Assembly (NCBI RefSeq): GCF_009914755.1
Contig: NC_060933.1
Strand: one strand, 5' to 3'
DNA length: 64,000 bases
Origin: the human T2T-CHM13v2.0 reference genome, Homo sapiens
This document shows, piece by piece, positions 20,635-64,000 of the stretch (its first letter is position 1; each line of letters starts with the position of its first letter). Under the pieces are notes generated by a model. The model was not told the origin of the DNA. It made no database searches and saw only the letters and a program-made list of their open reading frames with translations. A program made the translations under genes and the position numbers.

Positions 20635-20830
20635 ACTGGTGTGCTACAGTGAAATCTTACCAGCTCATGAGGGCCTATTGTGTACATCTCTTCCCAGCTG
20701 CATGCTCAGTGATGCCATTGGGTAGCTTGAAATCTACCAAGTATTTACACCACAGAAATTGGCAACCACTTCAGACCAGGCAGTATTTTTCTCCCAGAGA
20801 ACCAGTTGTTAAACATTTCTCAAAACAATT
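20635..20830. mobile_element. MER63-like DNA transposon
   Basis: tggtgtgct...acatctcttcccagc...ggtagcttgaaatc...gtatttacaccacagaaattggcaa. Confidence 0.5.
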
Positions 20831-21423
20831 CCACTTACAGGATTGCTGCAAAAGTTAAATGAGGTAATGAATGCAAAGGGTTTAGGATATTGTCTAGCAA
20901 GTACACTAAATATATATGTGAGCATGGCATATACAGATTTTTATCAGACAACTTTTGCTTTAAATTGTTATTTTATTTTAAAAGTTTATTTTTTGCAGTG
21001 AGCACAACATTTTAAGTCTTTTCAGCCTCTTGCTTTTCTGGGGTGCCCACCATCTCCACCCCCACCCTTATAATAGGAGCAAAATTGCCTTTATTGTTGT
21101 GATCCTGCCCCCTGGCTAGAGTTGTTCAGGAAGGAATAGTCTGGCTGGTGTCTTGAATGGAGGAGATAATACATGCTTAGGAGTTATTGGCAGGGACTAC
21201 TTTCCAGCACGAAGACTGGAAAATAAAGAACATCTATCTGTAGCAACATAAAGGATGATTCAGATGAAAAGCAGAGGACAGGAATACTTGGAAATACCCC
21301 GAGTCCCCCATAGCTTTCCTCTCCCTGCTTCTAATCTCATGTGAAGGCTGACTGTATCTCTGCATTTGGATTCCGTGAATCAAGTTTTATTTTAAGTGCC
21401 TATTCCAGTGTTTGGCAGAGTAA

Positions 21424-21974
<551 letters not shown>

Positions 21975-22306
21975 ACTCCAAAGAATTCTAAAAAAGCATA
22001 TGGAGCCTATGCTTTGTCAAAATCTCAGTTATTAATGCCTAGGAAAGCCAGCTCCACTCTGTCTATGACTTAAGACTCCAGTGTTTATCTGGTGCAGCCT
22101 CAGCATAGACACAATTAGTACGGTACAGAAGAAGCCATCTCCTCTGGGCTCTAAATGTCTGAGTTAGCTCAGTTTTTTTTTTTTTTTCAATAGGCAGTAA
22201 AAGGACTTTCTGGTTTGTATGTGTGTGGGTCTGTGTGTGTACACGTCTGTGTTTATAGGAGGACTTTAGAAAGGGAGTGAGAGAGAGAGAAAAATGACAC
22301 AGTTCA

Positions 22307-22611
<305 letters not shown>

Positions 22612-22701
22612 TGATGCATTGGAGAAGAATTTTGTACCATAAGAAATGGCTTAATCGGGGGAGGCTTTCATATGTTCAAAGTGCACGAGGGCACTAAGAC
22701 A

Positions 22702-22707
22702 TTTATT
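22702..22707 (-). terminator. Candidate polyadenylation signal AATAAA for the full-length isoform
   Basis: First canonical AATAAA I found downstream of the TAA (about 350 nt); an AATACA variant also lies at 23036-23041. Confidence 0.4.
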
Positions 22708-23058
22708 TGTTCCTTGACCACTGGGAAGAATTGGATCTTTGCTAATCTCTGGAAAATCTTGATGACCTGGTAATACTTAGCTGTGCAGGACCTCTCTTGT
22801 GAAGGTCATAAAAACACTGCCCAAGGAGTGTGCTCAGAGCAAGTGGGAAGCCCAAGTTGGAGAATGGAAATGATGCAATCTCTCATATTGCAACAGTTTT
22901 TAGCAATTGTGCAGTGAGATTGCATTATGGTATTCAACCAGCAAAGCATTAGGAGAGAGACCAGTGGAACACTACAGTATTTGCTGGAAATGAAAGCACA
23001 AACACATTTGCTCTTGCCTTTTCAAATGTCACAAGTGTATTTTGCCTTGGAGATCAGC

Positions 23059-57302
<34,244 letters not shown>

Positions 57303-57368
57303 GATTACACCAGGGAAGTGCTGATGAAAATCCCCTGTTGGTTTAGTTGGATCACTGTAGCTGTCTCC

Positions 57369-57421
57369 TATTTATTACAGTATCCTGCCTGGAATACATG
57401 GATAACTTCTCTATGACATCA
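57369..57421 (-). promoter_or_regulatory. Putative TXNDC8 core promoter: TATA-like TAATAAATA (57377-57369) and CRE-like TGACATCA (57414-57421)
   Basis: Motifs lie about 70-120 nt upstream of the ATG; no CpG island, as is typical of tissue-restricted promoters. Confidence 0.4.
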
Positions 57422-57838
57422 TTAAACATGTCATCTCAGAACCTGGAACTTTGGCAGACTTTGGATCCTATTTCACTTTTATGCCATGACTAGTTCATTT
57501 GTGGACAGCCAAGAATCAGAAAACTGAGGGCTTTATATGCAGAATCAGTAATGTGTTTGCTTTATTTTCATCTTTTATAACCTATTTCTAAATATCCTTC
57601 TCCCTTCTCTAATCCCTCCATCCCATCACCAAATGAGAAGTAAGCAGAGTAATATTAAATAGATGAGATTTTCACTTAAGAATTTGAAGATTTTGCTGTT
57701 GAGAAAAATACTAAAGTCTTAACCCTATAATAATGAGTTTCCTGTAAGTTTGATTTCATGAGTCATAAATTCCCTGAACTTTGTTATTTTGCTCTAATTA
57801 TTTAGAGAGTAAAGAAATGTCACTTTTATGCTCTAGAT

Positions 57839-58006
57839 CAAGGGTTGGCAAATGTTTTCTCTAAGGGAACAGATACTATTTTAGTTTTATGGGCCTCATA
57901 CAGTCTTTGTTGCATGTTCCTTATGTTTTTGCAACCTTTAAAAAATGTAAAAACCATTCGCAGCTAGTAGGATGTACAAAGAACAGCAGCAGTTTGCTGA
58001 CCCCTG
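57839..58006 (+). mobile_element. MER58-like DNA transposon remnant
   Basis: caagggttggcaaa...gtttgctgacccctg terminal inverted repeats. Confidence 0.55.
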
Positions 58007-58309
58007 CACTTGATGATTTGCCATTTTCAGAACTGATGTCAGAAAAATTCTGAACATGACCATGGCCAATGTTCTTCAAATCTACAGAGCAACAAGAACA
58101 ACCAAAATGAGAAATAGTAGATTCTATAATAAAACAAAAATAGCAAAATCCTTCTTTCTGTTTTTCTATATATGCAGCTCTGGGCCTTCAGTCATGTGTT
58201 GCATGAAAACTGTCAGATGGAGACAGTGGCTGCCTCTGTAGAGGTATTTGAAGTATGCATGTAACAAAATATCACATGTACCCCATAAATACGTAGAAGT
58301 ATTATGTAT

Positions 58310-58669
58310 TGATATGGTTTGGCTGTGTCCCCACTCAAATCTCATCTTGAATTGTAGCTCCCATAATTCCCAAGGGTTGTGGGAGGGACCGGTGGGAGAT
58401 AATTGAATAATGGGGGCAGTTCTTCCATACTGTTCTCATGGTAGTGAATACATCTCATGAGATCTGATGGTTTTATAAGACGTTTCCCCATTTGCTTGGC
58501 TCTCATTCTCTCTTGCCTGCTGCCATGTAAGACGTGACTTTCACCTTCTGCCAGAATTGTGAGGCCTCCCCAGCCACATGGAACTGTGAATCTATTAAAC
58601 CTCTTTTTCTTTATAAATTACCTAGACTTGGGTATGTCTTTATCAGCAACGTGAAAAGAGACTAATACA
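58310..58669 (+). mobile_element. THE1 (MaLR) solo LTR about 1 kb upstream of TXNDC8
   Basis: tgatatggtttggctgtgtcc...gactaataca; TSD tgtat/cgtat. Confidence 0.92.
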
Positions 58670-58687
58670 CGTATTAACAAAAAAATT

Positions 58688-59709
<1,022 letters not shown>

Positions 59710-59926
59710 AAAAAATTAAAAAAGGTACTTGAAGTATTTTCAATGTCTTTGTTCATTGCTTGTTCTCTCTCGTTTTCACTGGGATGCATCCTCCATCACA
59801 GCCAGAAATTTTATTCATGCTTATATATTGTAGAGCTTATCCTCATCTATTTCTCCTCCATCTTTTCTCTCATTTTCATTCAAGAAGGAAAAATGGATGT
59901 TGACACAAACTGAACATCTTCCAAGC

Positions 59927-60118
59927 AGGGTTTCTTAACCACAGCATTTCTGACGCTTTGGGCCAATAATGCTTTGTTATAGGGGGCTGTCCTGTGCATT
60001 GTAGGCTGTTTAGCAGCATTCCTGACTTCTACCCACTAGATGTCAGTAGCACCTCCAAGTGGTAATAACCACAAGTGTCTCCAGGGGGGCAAAATTGTCC
60101 CCACTGGAAAACCGCTAC
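59927..60118 (+). mobile_element. MER20 DNA transposon
   Basis: gggggctgtcctgtgcattgtaggctgtttagcagcat...tacccactagatgtcagtagcacc. Confidence 0.75.
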
Positions 60119-61176
60119 TTCAAAGTGTGAGCTCCATTGTAAGCATTATTTTCATACATCTTATAAGTGCCCAGTTAGCTAAGGTAACTGTGTCCATCTA
60201 CAGGTAAGATGGTCCAGGTACAGCAAGTTTCGATAACTTACGATTGGTAGAATTAATTTGGAATCCAAGCCTGGGTTGCTTCTCATGTAGGAAGGAACAC
60301 AGGGTCGGCTAAAATATATAGGTCTCTAAGAAAGCCATTTAGCACTGGATGATCTGAATTCAGAGTGAATTCCTTTTTTCTCTGCACCAGGAAGACACCT
60401 ACCATTTCCATTCTCCTTTTTCTTGTGGAATTAGCTCTTCTTGAACTTCTCTCCACAGCATTTGAAAAGAAGATGGTTCATAACGAACGCTCAGACACAG
60501 CTGCTACACCAACAAACCCTGGTCATGTCCCTGGGGTTTCTGGAAGTCAAGCAAGGCTGGGCCAGTACGTCTACCTTTCAGTGCTAGGGCTTGTAGACTT
60601 TTTCATGGAATTTGCTGCTAAGAAGCTTGCCTAGCCCAAGGACAGGGAGAGTACAAGCTGATGGCTCACAGAGGTTTATTTATTCTCAACTAGAATAAAC
60701 ACTACTACAATCCAGAAAATGGCCAAATTCACTAAAATTGATATTTTTTTATGTTTTGCAGACAGAGAGAGCTAGTCAGTAAGCATGGCAAATTTCTAGT
60801 CCTGGAAAAAGGCTCCTGGCCTAGTATTTTCTAGAAAAGAGCCATCTGGGCTTTCCCTTTGCACTTGACTGCCTTCTTTGTTTCCCTAGACTAATTTCTT
60901 ACTTCGTTGGACTCACAAAGCTCCAGAACAGTCTGGGTGGAGTCTCTTTTTGAGTAGTGAGGGTTGCATTTTTTGTTTTTGTTTTTATTTTGTTTTTTAA
61001 AAAATTTAACCAGGAAGAGAATCCTGAGAGTGGGTTGGGAATTTTAAATCTTGAAAAATCTACAAGAAAAACAGACTGGAAAGAAAAGAAGTAAAAAGAG
61101 AAAGGAAAGGAGGAGAAGAAAACTGGTAAGAGGAAAAGGGAGAAAGGAAGAGCAAAAGAAGGCAAAGCAAAGTTTA

Positions 61177-61942
<766 letters not shown>

Positions 61943-62416
61943 GGCTAGTTTTTTTTTTTAAACCACTGGATGGGTTTATGTTGCTCAGGTGTATCATGTC
62001 TTCGACACCGTGATGGCTCAGGATTATTATTCAAAATATTTAACAATTTGAGTGGCTTGGATGATGATCAGTCAGAATGAGCAACAGCTATGCATCTACT
62101 CAGCTAATTGCTTTGCCAGGCATAAACCCTTTTAGTTTCTGGATTTGGGGGAGATCCAGTGTGTCCTAGGGAACAGATTAGGTCAGCCTCAGTGAGGTAG
62201 GACGTGGGAATAGGGTGGGGGGGGCAGAGCCTATTTATCAACCATTATGTATTTCAATAATTTAACAACTGCTATGAGCATTCCTGTGTGTGTCAGCTAA
62301 ACATTAGCCTTGTAATGTTGATGATAAATTCAACAACCGCTCTTCCTAAATGCCAAGTAGTCAACTGCAACAAATTGATTTATTTGTCAGAAAAAAAAAG
62401 TTTATTTGAAATTAGT

Positions 62417-62725
62417 GGCTGGGCACAGTGGCTCATGACTGTAATCCCAGCATTTTGGGAAGCTGAGGTAGGCAGATTGCTCGAGCCCAGGAGTTTGAGA
62501 CCAGCCTGGGCAACATGGCGAGATACCATCTCCACAAAAAATTAAAAAAATTAGCTGGGACTACTGCATGCCTGTAGTCCCAGCTACTCAGGAGGCTGAG
62601 GAGGGAGGATTGTTTGATCTTGGGAGGTCGAGGCTACAGAGAGCCATGGTCATGCTACTGCACTCCAGCTTGGGTAAAAGAGCAAGATTCTGTCTCAAAA
62701 CAACAACAAAACCCCGAAAAACAAA
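62417..62725 (+). mobile_element. AluJ
   Basis: Alu consensus. Confidence 0.85.
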
Positions 62726-63429
62726 ATTAGTCAGTTTACTTGGAATCTCAACATGAACATGGGGCTCCTTGATACATTTATAACCTTCAGTGACCCTCCT
62801 TATTGTTAGGAAGCAAAACTCTGCTAGGTCCCTGGGCCAGTAGCTGATCTCAAGGACAGGACCAGAAAAAGCTCTATTAATTGAAGGGCACTCAGTGCTG
62901 GCCCCAGGTTATTGAGCAGGAGTTGAGGGGTTGGATACCATGGATAGTGCACATCTTGAAAAGTGTGGAGAAAAAGAAATCCACGAGGCCAAGAACTGAA
63001 CAAAATACCAAGACAGAAAAGACCATTCTCACTCTTCATTCATCCCCTGCAATGTGCATTAAGGGCCATGAATGAATTTACATGTGCAAAACCTATGCCA
63101 AGGACAAAATGTTCCACAAAATTGAGTTATGTAGTATTAACGGCAATTATCGCCAGCATGGGGCAAACTCATGCCTCTGGCTTTTGTAGGCTGTATCTTT
63201 GTGTGCTGTTGTGAGATATGCAGAAATTGATCATAGTGAGGACAAACATGTACATCATTATCTAAAACTTTGTAGATTCTGATCGTAAAAGTCCTTGGAT
63301 TTTCCTTCAGGCATGAAAAATGCTGGGACAGAGACTGAGGTCAGGGAAATGCCTGCCTCTCTGCAGTAAACAAGCACTTAGAGTAAGGGAGCTGTTACAT
63401 GTGGGTCAGTTTAGAAAAATGATTCAGCA

Positions 63430-63756
<327 letters not shown>

Positions 63757-64000
63757 TCAGTGTGCCCTTGCATAAACCAAGGAATAGAGACAAGAACGTT
63801 AAGAAAGAATATCAAGTTTTAATGTTTTAGCAAGAAAAAAAGTCACTGTAATAAATTCAGGAAAACTGCCTCATTGGAGCAGCCTACTATTGGGAAAGGA
63901 TAGAAAAACGTGTGATGGTATTATTTTATTTTTTATTTTATGTATTTTATTTGATGGGGTCTTGCTTTGTCACTCAGGCTGGTGTGCAGTGGCGCCGTCA

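Overview
This is primate, almost certainly human, genomic DNA: repeat-rich and AT-rich, with about 45 Alu copies plus L1, L2, MIR, LTR and DNA-transposon remnants. It holds one protein-coding gene, on the minus strand: TXNDC8 (spermatid-specific thioredoxin-3, Sptrx-3). From memory the locus is chr9q31, between TXN and SVEP1, both outside this window. Six phase-0 coding exons (57302-57279, 53826-53722, 48797-48738, 45744-45679, 24070-24005, 23121-23059) splice to a 127-aa thioredoxin-fold protein with an RCGPC site. Intron 1 has a GC donor, and there is a second terminal exon (23246-23220). Intron 4 (21.6 kb) carries an antisense 7.2-kb MER4-type provirus with two LTRs, a PBS and a PPT. Nearly all other ORFs in the track are Alu, L1 or microsatellite artefacts. 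I found no evidence of a new multi-gene system. The best leads are the TXNDC8 splicing architecture (possible recursive site at exon 5, interlocked terminal exons), an unexplained GC-rich insert near 11.7-12.1 kb, a 5'-inverted Alu, two templated local insertions and an AT-rich palindrome. Repeat family names are from recall of consensus sequences, not from a search, and most repeat boundaries are approximate.
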